Assembly: GCA_041164585.1 (NCBI GenBank) | Contig: JBEAPC010000254.1 | Coordinates: 4,159-68,158 of the forward strand | DNA length: 64,000 nucleotides | Reading direction: 5' to 3' | Source of the DNA: Bacteroidota bacterium | GTDB taxonomy: Bacteria > Bacteroidota > Bacteroidia > Chitinophagales > Chitinophagaceae | Shown: one piece after another, positions 1-9,546 of the stretch | Layout: every line of letters begins with the position of its first letter | Numbering within the stretch: position 1 is the stretch's first letter | Made by a program: the position numbers and the translations under genes | Notes under the pieces: model-generated | The model's input: only the letters and a program-made list of their open reading frames with translations | Told to the model about the DNA's origin: nothing | Databases searched by the model: none

Positions 1-279
1 TTCCCAAGGAATTTTTCTAAAACTATTCAAGTCTATTTGCACTTTGGCGTCTGGATAGCCACTATGCCATCCAGTATAAGTTCCATTGTCATAAGCCACA
101 TCGGCCATGTCCCAACCAAAAATCACGTCACAGAATCCCAAGTTTGATTGGGCCACGGACAAGAATTTTTCACTAGAAATATATTTTCCGCGTAATACCC
201 CATCTATATCGGCCACGGCTATTTTAACCCTACCAGATGGATGGTTGCGAACATACTCAAATACTGCTTGGTGGCTCAT
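1..279 (-). CDS. Glutamine synthetase-like (gamma-glutamyl ligase family) protein, 5' part; runs off the window edge, not in the ORF track
   Basis: Manual translation from ATG at 279: MSHQAVFEYVRNHPSGRVKIAVADIDGVLRGKYIS...GFCDVIFGWDMAD...TGWHSGYPD...IPWE. DxxGxLRGK and GYPD/IPW motifs of the GS N-terminal domain; overlaps the permease stop by 23 nt. Confidence 0.85.
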   Translation of the reverse strand, partial: MSHQAVFEYVRNHPSGRVKIAVADIDGVLRGKYISSEKFLSVAQSNLGFCDVIFGWDMADVAYDNGTYTGWHSGYPDAKVQIDLNSFRKIPWE

Positions 280-1573
280 GCTTCAATAATTTAAAAACAA
301 GAAAAAGGAATGCAAGGATTCCAAAATAAATCAATCCCAATGCCTGATTATAATAACACAATGCTATAAAACAAATGATGGAAAGTACCAGTGCAATCAA
401 TGGCGTTGCCGGATAGAAAGGCACTTGAAAGGGTCTGTGTAAAAGGGGTTCTGTTTTTCTGAGTTTGAGTAAGGAGAACATAGAAAAAATGTAGAGGGTT
501 AAAGCCCCAAATACAGATAAGATAATGATTTCAGCCGTTTTTCCTGTACATAAAATGAGCACACCTAATGCAGCATTCACCAATAAGGCATTGGCTGGGG
601 TATGAAATGTTGGATGCACTTTTCCCAGAAATTTGGGTGCGTTACCAATCTTTCCAAATTCAAAACTGGCCCTTCCACTGGCCAATAACAATCCATGAAA
701 AGAGGCAATTAATCCAAAGAGCCCAATGCCCACCAAGAGTTGATAGAATAGATGGTTTTGATTAAAGAGTTGACCTAGTGCTAATGGCAATGGTGAATCA
801 GAACTTGTTCCATCAGCCGCATAAACAATGGCCTTCCATCCTCCTACACCAATACTTCCAAAAAATACCATTACACAAAGTATGACCAAGGTTAATAAGG
901 CCCAACCAAATCCTCTTAAAATATCTTTTTGTGGATGCATGGTTTCTTCTGCAACATTGGCTAGTCCTTCAATACCCAAAAAAAACCAAATGGCAAATGG
1001 CATTGCGGCAAATGCTCCTGACCATCCATTTGGAAATGGATTTTCAGCAAATTTTGCAGCAGAAAAATGGGGGATAGTTAATGTAGCAAACAGGATTAAT
1101 TCTGCCACTGCAAGAATGGTGACTATTAATTCAACATTGGCAGCAGCTTTTACACCGTAGATATTGAGTGTGGTAAAAACCAAGTAAACAGCAATGGCTG
1201 CACCCAGAACAGGAACTGCAGGAAACGCTAGATGTAGGTAAACGCCAATAGCAATAGCAATAGCTGGTGGCGCAAATACAAATTCAATAATCTGTGCCAA
1301 CCCTGTGATAAAACCAATGTCTTTGTGAAAAGCTTTTTCGGCATAATCATATGCGCCACCCGCTTTTGGAATGGCACATGCCAATTCTGCATAGGAAAAA
1401 CTAAAACAGCTATAAAGTACTATGACCAACAGGGTAGCAGCAGCCATTCCATAAGTACCCCCTTTTTCAAGACCTAGATTCCAGCCAAAATACATTCCAG
1501 AAATCACATAACCCACCCCCAAGCCCCATAATAAACTTGGTGTTAGTTTTCTAGAAAGATGGTCGTTTGCCAT
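257..1573 (-). CDS. eat: Ethanolamine permease (APC superfamily)
   Basis: About 12 hydrophobic segments; LWGLGVGYVISGMYFGWN, ELACAIPKAGG, FAIWFFLGIEG, GLFGLIASFHG motifs typical of Eat. Confidence 0.85.
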   Translation of the reverse strand: MANDHLSRKLTPSLLWGLGVGYVISGMYFGWNLGLEKGGTYGMAAATLLVIVLYSCFSFSYAELACAIPKAGGAYDYAEKAFHKDIGFITGLAQIIEFVFAPPAIAIAIGVYLHLAFPAVPVLGAAIAVYLVFTTLNIYGVKAAANVELIVTILAVAELILFATLTIPHFSAAKFAENPFPNGWSGAFAAMPFAIWFFLGIEGLANVAEETMHPQKDILRGFGWALLTLVILCVMVFFGSIGVGGWKAIVYAADGTSSDSPLPLALGQLFNQNHLFYQLLVGIGLFGLIASFHGLLLASGRASFEFGKIGNAPKFLGKVHPTFHTPANALLVNAALGVLILCTGKTAEIIILSVFGALTLYIFSMFSLLKLRKTEPLLHRPFQVPFYPATPLIALVLSIICFIALCYYNQALGLIYFGILAFLFLVFKLLKHEPPSSI

Positions 1574-1629
1574 AAACGGTAATTTAGGCTATTCGGCTCA
1601 TTTTCAGCATCTACTAGATTAAGAAATTA

Positions 1630-2226
1630 TTATTGGACCATCCTAAATGTAAGATTGATTCGTGGTGGTAAAGGCTTGCTTGTTTTGGGAATCCGATGCT
1701 CCCAATAAGTGTTGGTTAGGCCACGCATGATGAGTAAACTTCCATGTGCTAGTGGTAATTTGGTTAGATGATCCTTGGTCTGGTAATGCCTAAATTGAAA
1801 TTCGCGCACTGCGCCAAAACTAATAGAAGCAATAATGGGTGTTGGTCCCAGTTCTTTTTCGTTATCCCTATGCCAGCCCATGCTATCGGTTCCAGTTCTA
1901 TATAAATTGAGCAGTGCGGTATTAAACTGACAATGGGTAAATGCTTCCAATTTGTTCTTGATAATCATCATGGTTGCACCAAAGGGATGTGGTTGCATGG
2001 TAATCCCCGAATAGGTATAGGGCTTTTCGCCCATCCAAGCAGTGAGTCTGGGTTGCATGATTTTTTTGCCAAAAAGTACAATGGGTTCCTGTTTCCAAGG
2101 AATTTCAGTTTGCAGACCCAATAGACAATCATCTGCTTCTTTCTTTGTAAAAAATGCTGGTTCATAGAGCAGATCGCCCTGAAAGGGCAAAATAGATTTA
2201 GATTCAGGAAACAGGCTATTTTGCAT
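1630..2226 (-). CDS. AlkB-family 2OG-Fe(II) dioxygenase (ALKBH2/3-like)
   Basis: QPRLTAW, LLNLYR, WHRD (HxD), distal H in WEHRIPK, RINLTFR. Confidence 0.9.
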   Translation of the reverse strand: MQNSLFPESKSILPFQGDLLYEPAFFTKKEADDCLLGLQTEIPWKQEPIVLFGKKIMQPRLTAWMGEKPYTYSGITMQPHPFGATMMIIKNKLEAFTHCQFNTALLNLYRTGTDSMGWHRDNEKELGPTPIIASISFGAVREFQFRHYQTKDHLTKLPLAHGSLLIMRGLTNTYWEHRIPKTSKPLPPRINLTFRMVQ

Positions 2227-2368
2227 GATAAAGGAACAATACTAGGTTAAAAGGGTTCATAAAACTAGGCTCCGAAGGCCATTTTTAACAAGAAACACTT
2301 GGTCTAATCCAATAAAATCAACAGTTTTACGTTCTGTAACCGTAAATCACGCCCACATAAATTAGTAC

Positions 2369-2878
2369 ATGAATAAAAGGCAAATTGGTTTGGTCATGAT
2401 CTCAAGTCTGTTTTTGGCAGCTTGCATGAAGGCCTATGTGCCACCTAGTGACGCGGCAATTACTATTTATGATATTGCCGGTACTTACAAGCCCGGAAAA
2501 TTAAAGTGGGAGAAAAGCTTGTTAGATACTTCTTATTTTAAGGGTGTAAATGACTCTTCCAATTTTGTGATTTACAATTACCTCAATGATTCTGTATTTG
2601 TAAACATTGATACAAAAACAGAAATTGCTGCAAGAAGGTATAAGCTGCCACTTATTTCAAGAGCGGAAGACAAAACATCGGTTACCTATACTTTTGGCAT
2701 GCAGGAAACTTTTCCTGGATACTTTCTCTACAAATTTGACTATAGTCTTAAAGTGCGTATCTACTATCCAAGTACTGGAATTGCTTCTTACGCAACCATC
2801 CTCAATACTTCTACTAGGGCTGAAAGCACCAGCACTATTTATGTAGAAAAAGTAGACTTTACGGCCAACAAAGAATAA
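2369..2878 (+). CDS. Hypothetical lipoprotein
   Basis: Signal peptide with lipobox LAAC; no recognised domain. Confidence 0.6.
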   Translation: MNKRQIGLVMISSLFLAACMKAYVPPSDAAITIYDIAGTYKPGKLKWEKSLLDTSYFKGVNDSSNFVIYNYLNDSVFVNIDTKTEIAARRYKLPLISRAEDKTSVTYTFGMQETFPGYFLYKFDYSLKVRIYYPSTGIASYATILNTSTRAESTSTIYVEKVDFTANKE

Positions 2879-3910
2879 TTATTTCCAAGGACAAGGCACA
2901 GACCCATCTGGTCTGGATGACCTCAAGATCAAAGACAATTCAAGGGTTTGTGGTTTAATTCTAGCATTCTTGAATTGTGAAACCGTTACATCATAGCTAA
3001 TACCCACTTGCGCTACAGATTCAAATAATTTAGTACTAAAACCTATATAGGGAATTACTGCGTCCTGATTCCTATACCAAACCCCCAAATTAAAAACAGG
3101 AGGTTCATTACTATTGTCTAATAACATACCCAATACACCACCAAACTGCCAGAACTCTGTTGTCTGTTGGTTTTGATAAATACCATTCAAACTCATGCTG
3201 GCCCTGTCTGACAAGAAACTGGAATAAGTGCCATAGACCGTATAGCGTGGTTGTATGTATTGGTTCTGGTCTTCATATGCCGTTTGCTGTGGTTTGTTTA
3301 AATGAAAAGCAGCTACACCAATATCAAAATTGGTTCCATGGTCTTCACTTGTAAATGAATACATAATTCCTGTAGACATGGAAACAAAGGGTTTAATATT
3401 GGCAAAGCCAGTTTCTCCCGTTGGAAGATTGGTATCAAAGCCCCCACTGGTAAATTGCTGCGGAAAATTCAGCAGGTTATAATCAATTCTTCTGTGCGCA
3501 TAAATGCCACCCAAACCAAATCCAATTTTTTGTAAGCCTTCTGCGTCTAGTCCAATATGGTAAGCCAGATTTAAAGAAGCATAAGTACTATTGAACGCCC
3601 CACCCATGGTCTGGTCTCTTAATACCATGGCACTGGTGGCCAATACATTTTTCTGAGGTAGTTTTTTCTCCAAGAGTTTGTATTGAATAGATGCGCCCAT
3701 GGCGCGATAGGGATCTATGGGGCCAGACCACTGATTTCTAAAATTAAAAATGGCATTCATGCTCCCATAAAAATTTCCAGTAAGCGCGGGATTGATGCTA
3801 AAAGGTGCTGCATAAAACTGAGAGAAATTGGGATCCTGTGCTTTCAATTGTTGCAGCGAACTACATAAAAGCAGGATGCCCATCAGCCAGAATTGTTTGA
3901 TTGCTTGCAT
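2879..3910 (-). CDS. PorP/SprF-family type IX secretion system outer-membrane protein
   Basis: AQDPNFSQFY..P..INPALTG, FRNQW, GISYD and TLELSL motifs; directly downstream of a type-B CTD protein. Confidence 0.9.
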   Translation of the reverse strand: MQAIKQFWLMGILLLCSSLQQLKAQDPNFSQFYAAPFSINPALTGNFYGSMNAIFNFRNQWSGPIDPYRAMGASIQYKLLEKKLPQKNVLATSAMVLRDQTMGGAFNSTYASLNLAYHIGLDAEGLQKIGFGLGGIYAHRRIDYNLLNFPQQFTSGGFDTNLPTGETGFANIKPFVSMSTGIMYSFTSEDHGTNFDIGVAAFHLNKPQQTAYEDQNQYIQPRYTVYGTYSSFLSDRASMSLNGIYQNQQTTEFWQFGGVLGMLLDNSNEPPVFNLGVWYRNQDAVIPYIGFSTKLFESVAQVGISYDVTVSQFKNARIKPQTLELSLILRSSRPDGSVPCPWK

Positions 3911-3919
3911 GCAGTTGTT

Positions 3920-6900
3920 TTATCTGATTAATAAAGTATTGCCAGTTTTTTGAATCACCCTATCGTCTTCTGTAATGCCTTGAACTATCCACGTATAAGT
4001 GTCCATGGGTTGCTTTTTTCCGTTGCTGGTTCCATCCCATCCATTGCTAATGCTGGTAGTCTCAAACATGAGCTGACCCCATCTATTGTAAATTCTGAGA
4101 TAAAGAAATTGCTTGATACCAACGGTGAGTGGATAGATTTTTTCATTCACGCCATCGGCATTGGGCGTAAAGGCTTTTGCTACAAAAATGTCTCCGGTTT
4201 TAAAAAACCTAACCAAGATACTATCCACTGTTACGCAACCAGAAGCCGTAGTAATCTTAACCAGGTAATCGGTTTCATTGTTGCCGTTATAGTAGACAGT
4301 TCTATTGTTGCTATTGCTAATACCAATGGTTGGAGACCAAGTATAGGTTTTTCCAAATGACCTTGCCGTTAATGGAAGTGATGCATTGGCAACAGCGTTC
4401 AAGCTGGCATATCTTGTAGCTTTTTCTGGTGCATCAATTTGCACAAAACCGGAACTACTGCTGGTTAAGTCTATACAAGCACTTGGAATGGCAGTAAGTA
4501 TGGCATTGTATTTTCCTGGTTTGCGATAGATATTTTTTGCCTGATAACTACTAGCTGTGGTTCCATCACCAAACTGCCACTGCCATTGAATGGGTCCTGT
4601 TTTACTGGTATCCGTTTGATTGATAAAACTGGCTACTTGGTCAATACAGAATCCTGCTGCTGCAAATTTGACAACTGGTTTTTTTAAGAGCGTTAGGTCA
4701 ATGGTATTGGATGCTGGTTGCACACAAATTTCGTTTTTCAATAGCACGGTGTATGTACCTTCTTGTGTTGCTCTTAATATATAATTGTTTGCACCAGGTA
4801 TAGGTTTGCCATTGAATAACCATTGGTATCCCGTTAGTCCTGCAGTAGCAGCAATGCTATTGTATCCGTTTTCACAAATGGTATTAACAGTAGGAGTTTC
4901 AATGATTCCGGTAGGTTGTGGAATCAGGCTTACCGTAGATTCTCCAGACTTATTTACGCATCCAAAACTATTGGTTACTTCTAAAGCATAGGTACCTGAT
5001 AATTTGGTAATGAGGGCACTGTCCTTTCCAATTTTATTGCCATTATGATACCACTGGTATTGTTGAATAATTCCGCTTCCAGCACTGGCCAAAGAAGCAA
5101 AAGAAAGACTATCGCCCTGGCAAATTCTAGCATCTTTTCTGGGAAAAATAGCCACGCTAGGAGTTGCGTAAACCTGAATTGCTTTACTGGTAGTAGCTTG
5201 GCAACCATTGGCGTCAATTCCCTTTAATTGTAACACCGTATCCTTGGTGGGTCTAATCACAATCTTTGACAAACTATCGGTATTGGTCCATTGGTAAACC
5301 GATGCGCCAGTTGCTTGTAATTCTAATTGATTGCCCTGACAAATACCAGCACTACTTTGAATTTGTAGATTGGGATTTTGGAAAATAGTTACTGTTGCAT
5401 TTTGTAACATGTTTTGTTTGCATCCAGTATTGCTATTATTGGTTGCAACCACACTGTAGATTCCAGCAATAGTTCTATTACCAAAATGAATGCTATCACC
5501 ATTTCCTTGATAAGGATTGTCAATTGGTTTTCCGTCTAAGACTAACTGATATTGAAATCCACTGACTGATCCGCTTAAAGCAATGGGTACGCCAGTGCCT
5601 CCACTACAAAATCCACCACCACCGTTTACTTGGAATGTTTTGGGTAAGCTATCAATGATAATAGATACACTGTCTTGCACAGTCAATTGACAACCGTTAT
5701 TGTCAAAAGAACTGATTTTGTATGTGCCCGCAATTAATTGTTTGCCAAAACTCATGGCTAATCCGGTTCCCGGTAATGAATCTGTAATGGGAAGATTGTT
5801 TCTATATAAAATATAACTGGTGTTTAGATTAGAGCCATTGGTTCCAATATCTACTCCTGCTGCACCTAAACAAAATCGGCCACCGCCAGTAATGGTAAAA
5901 GGTGATGGTATTGGATTGATAGTAATGATGGCTTCACCCGTCATGCTGGTATTACAACTACCATTGCTACTGATACTAGCTTGTACTGTATAAGTACCTG
6001 CTTTTTTCTGGTTCCCAAAACTAAGCGCAGTGCCTGTGCCTAATAGGGGACTTCCGGTTGCAACACCGTCTAATAATAATTGGTATTTGAAACCCAATAC
6101 AGATCCAGATAAGTTAATGGGTTTGCCATTGCCATTGACACAATCATTGCCCCCACCACTTACTTGAAACAGTGCAGCATTATTGACTACCGTAATATTA
6201 ACAACTGCATTGGGGTTATTATTGGTACAACTGCCATCGGAAACAGATAAGACAGTATACTTGGTGCTAGTACCAGGTTGTACATTTAAAACAAAGGGGC
6301 TACTGTTGACGGTGATTTGCTGATTTAAAGTGCCATCTGTGTATTGCAGATTCCATGGAGGGGAACCCGTAAAATTAAAATTGATATTGGCGGAGGATCC
6401 TAAACAAATAAGTTGATCTCCAGAAACATTCACAGTTGGAAGCGCTGTAGGCACAATGGGCGTAAGCAAACTATAGGGGCAACCAAAACCTGGATAGGGA
6501 ATCAGGTCTAGTTTCATGGTGGTACCAACTGGTGGTACGGGTGACAAAATTAAATTCTGGCTATTGCCCACCACTTGATTGGTCTTTAGATCTGTCCATG
6601 TATATTGTTGAAAACCAGAAGGGCCACTTAATTGAAGGTCTTTGGCTCCTGCACAATAGGCGCCAGAAACAGCACTACCACAACTACTATTCACATCAAT
6701 ATAGGCATAACCAAAGTGTCCACCTTGACCGCAGTCTTCTGCGGTAAATTCTAAAGTAACGGTTTGCCCACCTCGTCCAGATAGGTCAAAAGTAACTGGG
6801 GTCCAACTCTTATAATAAACAGGTACTCCTTTGTATTGTTTTGGAGAGAGTTGAAAGCCCGGTAGATTAGACGTGGCAACATAGGTATAACTGGCGCAGT

Positions 6901-7366
6901 TCAAAGCCACATTGTTTTTGTCTAATAGTTTAGCCGTGAATTTGGGTTGATCCAATACCGGATGACCAGGATCTTGGAAGACCACGGCATACCAATATGT
7001 AATACTATAGTTATTGGCATTGGCGGGTATCTTAATTGTATATGAAAGTGTTCTGGCTATATAATTGATTTCTACAGAACCCAGTTTCACAGACTGCTTA
7101 CTACCATTGGGACACAGCAATGGAAAATCTCCAAAGAAATCTTTATCACTTGTTGTGTTTAAGGGTTCTTTTGAAGCAGCATTGATAATTGTATGTCTTC
7201 CTGCCGATACTCCTGTAACCAAATTACTAATGGTACCTCCCGTATATTTTCCTGTTTTGGCTACCCAATTGTTGAAATTGCCAAATTCAAAATCCAAATT
7301 GGGTGGACATTGCGCAGCAAGCTGCACAACCAACAATAAGCAAAGAACTGACAAGATATTTTTCAT
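3920..7366 (-). CDS. Large T9SS-secreted surface protein with Ig-like/PKD repeats and a gliding-motility-associated (type B) C-terminal domain
   Basis: Signal peptide; PKD-like WQFGDG; C-terminal AFTPNADGVNE...IYNRWGQLMF...GWDG...GNTLLIR. Confidence 0.9.
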   Translation of the reverse strand: MKNILSVLCLLLVVQLAAQCPPNLDFEFGNFNNWVAKTGKYTGGTISNLVTGVSAGRHTIINAASKEPLNTTSDKDFFGDFPLLCPNGSKQSVKLGSVEINYIARTLSYTIKIPANANNYSITYWYAVVFQDPGHPVLDQPKFTAKLLDKNNVALNCASYTYVATSNLPGFQLSPKQYKGVPVYYKSWTPVTFDLSGRGGQTVTLEFTAEDCGQGGHFGYAYIDVNSSCGSAVSGAYCAGAKDLQLSGPSGFQQYTWTDLKTNQVVGNSQNLILSPVPPVGTTMKLDLIPYPGFGCPYSLLTPIVPTALPTVNVSGDQLICLGSSANINFNFTGSPPWNLQYTDGTLNQQITVNSSPFVLNVQPGTSTKYTVLSVSDGSCTNNNPNAVVNITVVNNAALFQVSGGGNDCVNGNGKPINLSGSVLGFKYQLLLDGVATGSPLLGTGTALSFGNQKKAGTYTVQASISSNGSCNTSMTGEAIITINPIPSPFTITGGGRFCLGAAGVDIGTNGSNLNTSYILYRNNLPITDSLPGTGLAMSFGKQLIAGTYKISSFDNNGCQLTVQDSVSIIIDSLPKTFQVNGGGGFCSGGTGVPIALSGSVSGFQYQLVLDGKPIDNPYQGNGDSIHFGNRTIAGIYSVVATNNSNTGCKQNMLQNATVTIFQNPNLQIQSSAGICQGNQLELQATGASVYQWTNTDSLSKIVIRPTKDTVLQLKGIDANGCQATTSKAIQVYATPSVAIFPRKDARICQGDSLSFASLASAGSGIIQQYQWYHNGNKIGKDSALITKLSGTYALEVTNSFGCVNKSGESTVSLIPQPTGIIETPTVNTICENGYNSIAATAGLTGYQWLFNGKPIPGANNYILRATQEGTYTVLLKNEICVQPASNTIDLTLLKKPVVKFAAAGFCIDQVASFINQTDTSKTGPIQWQWQFGDGTTASSYQAKNIYRKPGKYNAILTAIPSACIDLTSSSSGFVQIDAPEKATRYASLNAVANASLPLTARSFGKTYTWSPTIGISNSNNRTVYYNGNNETDYLVKITTASGCVTVDSILVRFFKTGDIFVAKAFTPNADGVNEKIYPLTVGIKQFLYLRIYNRWGQLMFETTSISNGWDGTSNGKKQPMDTYTWIVQGITEDDRVIQKTGNTLLIR
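5380..6175 (-). repeat. Three tandem ~88-aa Ig-like repeats inside the T9SS protein
   Basis: FQVSGGGNDC..LSGS..YQL..GTG..SFG..AGTY / FTITGGGRFC..GS..YIL..GTG..SFG..AGTY / FQVNGGGGFC..LSGS..YQL..GNG..HFG..AGIY. Confidence 0.8.
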
Positions 7367-7398
7367 AAGCGGTGATTGGTTGCTGAAAAATCTTGTCT

Positions 7399-7764
7399 TT
7401 ACAATTTGAGTAAAGACTTCTTGTGCTTATTCACCCAACCCGCTCTTTCTGGGTAATTAACCAATACAATTTTTAAGTCTGCTGTAATGGGGTCCGATAC
7501 CCAAACAATGGGTATGGTTTGATGATCCAGTGTTTCAGAAATGACCCAATAGCCAATATTTTTACTGACCTGGCTATTAAGGCTATCTGTTCTATATACT
7601 TTTAAGTCTGCATAAGACTCATGTGGCACAATTGCCACACTAAACTTTGCTTCTTTTTTGCTTGCTACTGGATGAACTACTTGTGCATGAATGTTGTTGA
7701 AATGGCAAATCAATGGAATAGCCAAATTTGCCAGGAATGCTTTTTTTTGTAATTGGTTTTTCAT
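7399..7764 (-). CDS. Small exported protein, DUF6150-like (paralog A)
   Basis: Signal ending HAQ; two internal ADLK(V/I) units; C-terminal AGW.NK.KKSLL. Confidence 0.65.
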   Translation of the reverse strand: MKNQLQKKAFLANLAIPLICHFNNIHAQVVHPVASKKEAKFSVAIVPHESYADLKVYRTDSLNSQVSKNIGYWVISETLDHQTIPIVWVSDPITADLKIVLVNYPERAGWVNKHKKSLLKL

Positions 7765-8089
7765 CTGTTTGTTTTTAGTATAATGAGCATGAATGAATTT
7801 TCATTCAACAAACAGCAGGACTATACCCAAGGGGTTCCTTTACGCATTTCAACGGGGGTTGTCAATAAGTAGACAAAATGAAAACTACAGTTGGTACTGC
7901 CAATCAAATGCATAGCATTTGTCAGTGGTCATCGGGTGTTACAAGAATATCTTGATGAGGGGTAAAAGCATCTAGCAAAGACGCAGACAGATTACAAACC
8001 GGTAATCGATTCTTAAAATTAGGTAAGTTTTTGGATTAAAAAAATTTTATGCCAGTCTTCTAGTGACTATCGGCCCAGCCTGACCTTAT

Positions 8090-8524
8090 TTATTGTTTCA
8101 ACAACGACTTTTTTGATTTATTAATCCAACCCGCTCTTTCAGGATACGTGACCAAGACTATTTTCAAATCTGCCGTAATGGGATCAGAAATCCAGTTAAT
8201 GGGAATGGCTTTTGGGTCTTTAGACGCTGTAATAAACCAATATCCAATATTTTTTTTCAGATTCTCATCCGTTGAATCTGCTCTAAATACTTTTAGATCA
8301 GCATAAGATTCATGAGGTACAATGGCCACCGTAAACTTGGGTTGCTCACCAGCAACAACTGGATGAACCATTTGTGCAAATAGGGTATGACCATCTATGT
8401 TGCAGAAAAAAACAAGTAAAAAACAGACCATGACTTTTTCAAAAAAACGCAACATCAAAAACTTACAATTTTTCATAAATACATTTCCCTTTTTCTGATT
8501 ACAGACAAAACATAGTGATACCAT
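8090..8524 (-). CDS. Small exported protein, DUF6150-like (paralog B); true start may lie downstream (e.g. 8476)
   Basis: Mature region aligns without gaps to 7399..7764 (65/95 identities counted by hand). Confidence 0.65.
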   Translation of the reverse strand: MVSLCFVCNQKKGNVFMKNCKFLMLRFFEKVMVCFLLVFFCNIDGHTLFAQMVHPVVAGEQPKFTVAIVPHESYADLKVFRADSTDENLKKNIGYWFITASKDPKAIPINWISDPITADLKIVLVTYPERAGWINKSKKSLLKQ

Positions 8525-8910
8525 AACCTATTGGCAATAGATTCACTTAACATATGATAATCCAGGGGTTAAAACCAACCAGCTATCTAATAGAAGGATG
8601 GAGTATGCTTTGAACTTGCAAGGTTGGATTGAAAAATCCTATTTGCATTAAAGACTTCTGGGGGAAGTATACTTTTGTAATAGCATCAATTTGACCATTC
8701 AAATGTAGGAAGGTTTATTTCCTAACCAAGTAAATCCAGTAAATTTTAATTTTAGTTTTATTTTTCTATTAATTCTATCCCATGACAGATAAAAAGATTG
8801 AAAAAGATGCCAGGTTATAGGCAATAGTGGGGGTGGATTTAACCTTAGGGCAACTAAAAACCGGCAGACTTCGTATATCAGATAGAACTTTGTAGTTTTA
8901 CAATAACCCC

Positions 8911-9531
8911 ATGACTTATCTTAAAAGGACCATATTAACCCTTTTGATAGCGCTTAGCTTTTATGCCTGTACCAAAGAAGGCAGCAGCGAGGTCAATGAA
9001 AAACCAGAATTTGGTTTTGTGCAATACACCATTCCTAAAGGGGGGGACTATTCTGTTGATTCTTTAAAATTGGAGTTGCTCAATGGCATCACTGAAATGA
9101 AATTCAAATTCAAGTTTGATAGTTCTGCCATCTATACTACTCAAGACCCCATGAACCAAGGAGACATCAACAAACTCTATGGCTTTGCCGATGGGGTTTC
9201 TTTTACCACCCAATATACCATTCCTCCACACCATATCAATTCTGCCAGAATAGGTTGGGCTTATTTAAACAAGGCTTTGAGAATCTATGCTTATTGTTAT
9301 AATGACTCAACACGACTTTTCAAGGAATTACAACCAGTAACAATTGGTAAAACTTATACGGCAGGCATCAAAATTTTACAAGGTGGTTATGAGTTTACAG
9401 TAGGTGAAAAGAAAGATACGGTATCACGTACTTGTCCCTTTCCAACCATTATAGGTTATAAACTCTTTCCTTATTTTGGAGGAACAGAAAAGTCACCGAA
9501 AGAAGTGAGGATCTGGGTCAAAGACCTTTAA
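8911..9531 (+). CDS. Hypothetical lipoprotein (beta-rich)
   Basis: Lipobox FYAC; DINKLYGF, NSARIGW, LFPYFGG motifs; no function assignable. Confidence 0.65.
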   Translation: MTYLKRTILTLLIALSFYACTKEGSSEVNEKPEFGFVQYTIPKGGDYSVDSLKLELLNGITEMKFKFKFDSSAIYTTQDPMNQGDINKLYGFADGVSFTTQYTIPPHHINSARIGWAYLNKALRIYAYCYNDSTRLFKELQPVTIGKTYTAGIKILQGGYEFTVGEKKDTVSRTCPFPTIIGYKLFPYFGGTEKSPKEVRIWVKDL

Positions 9532-9546
9532 CAGTGAGTAGTAGTA

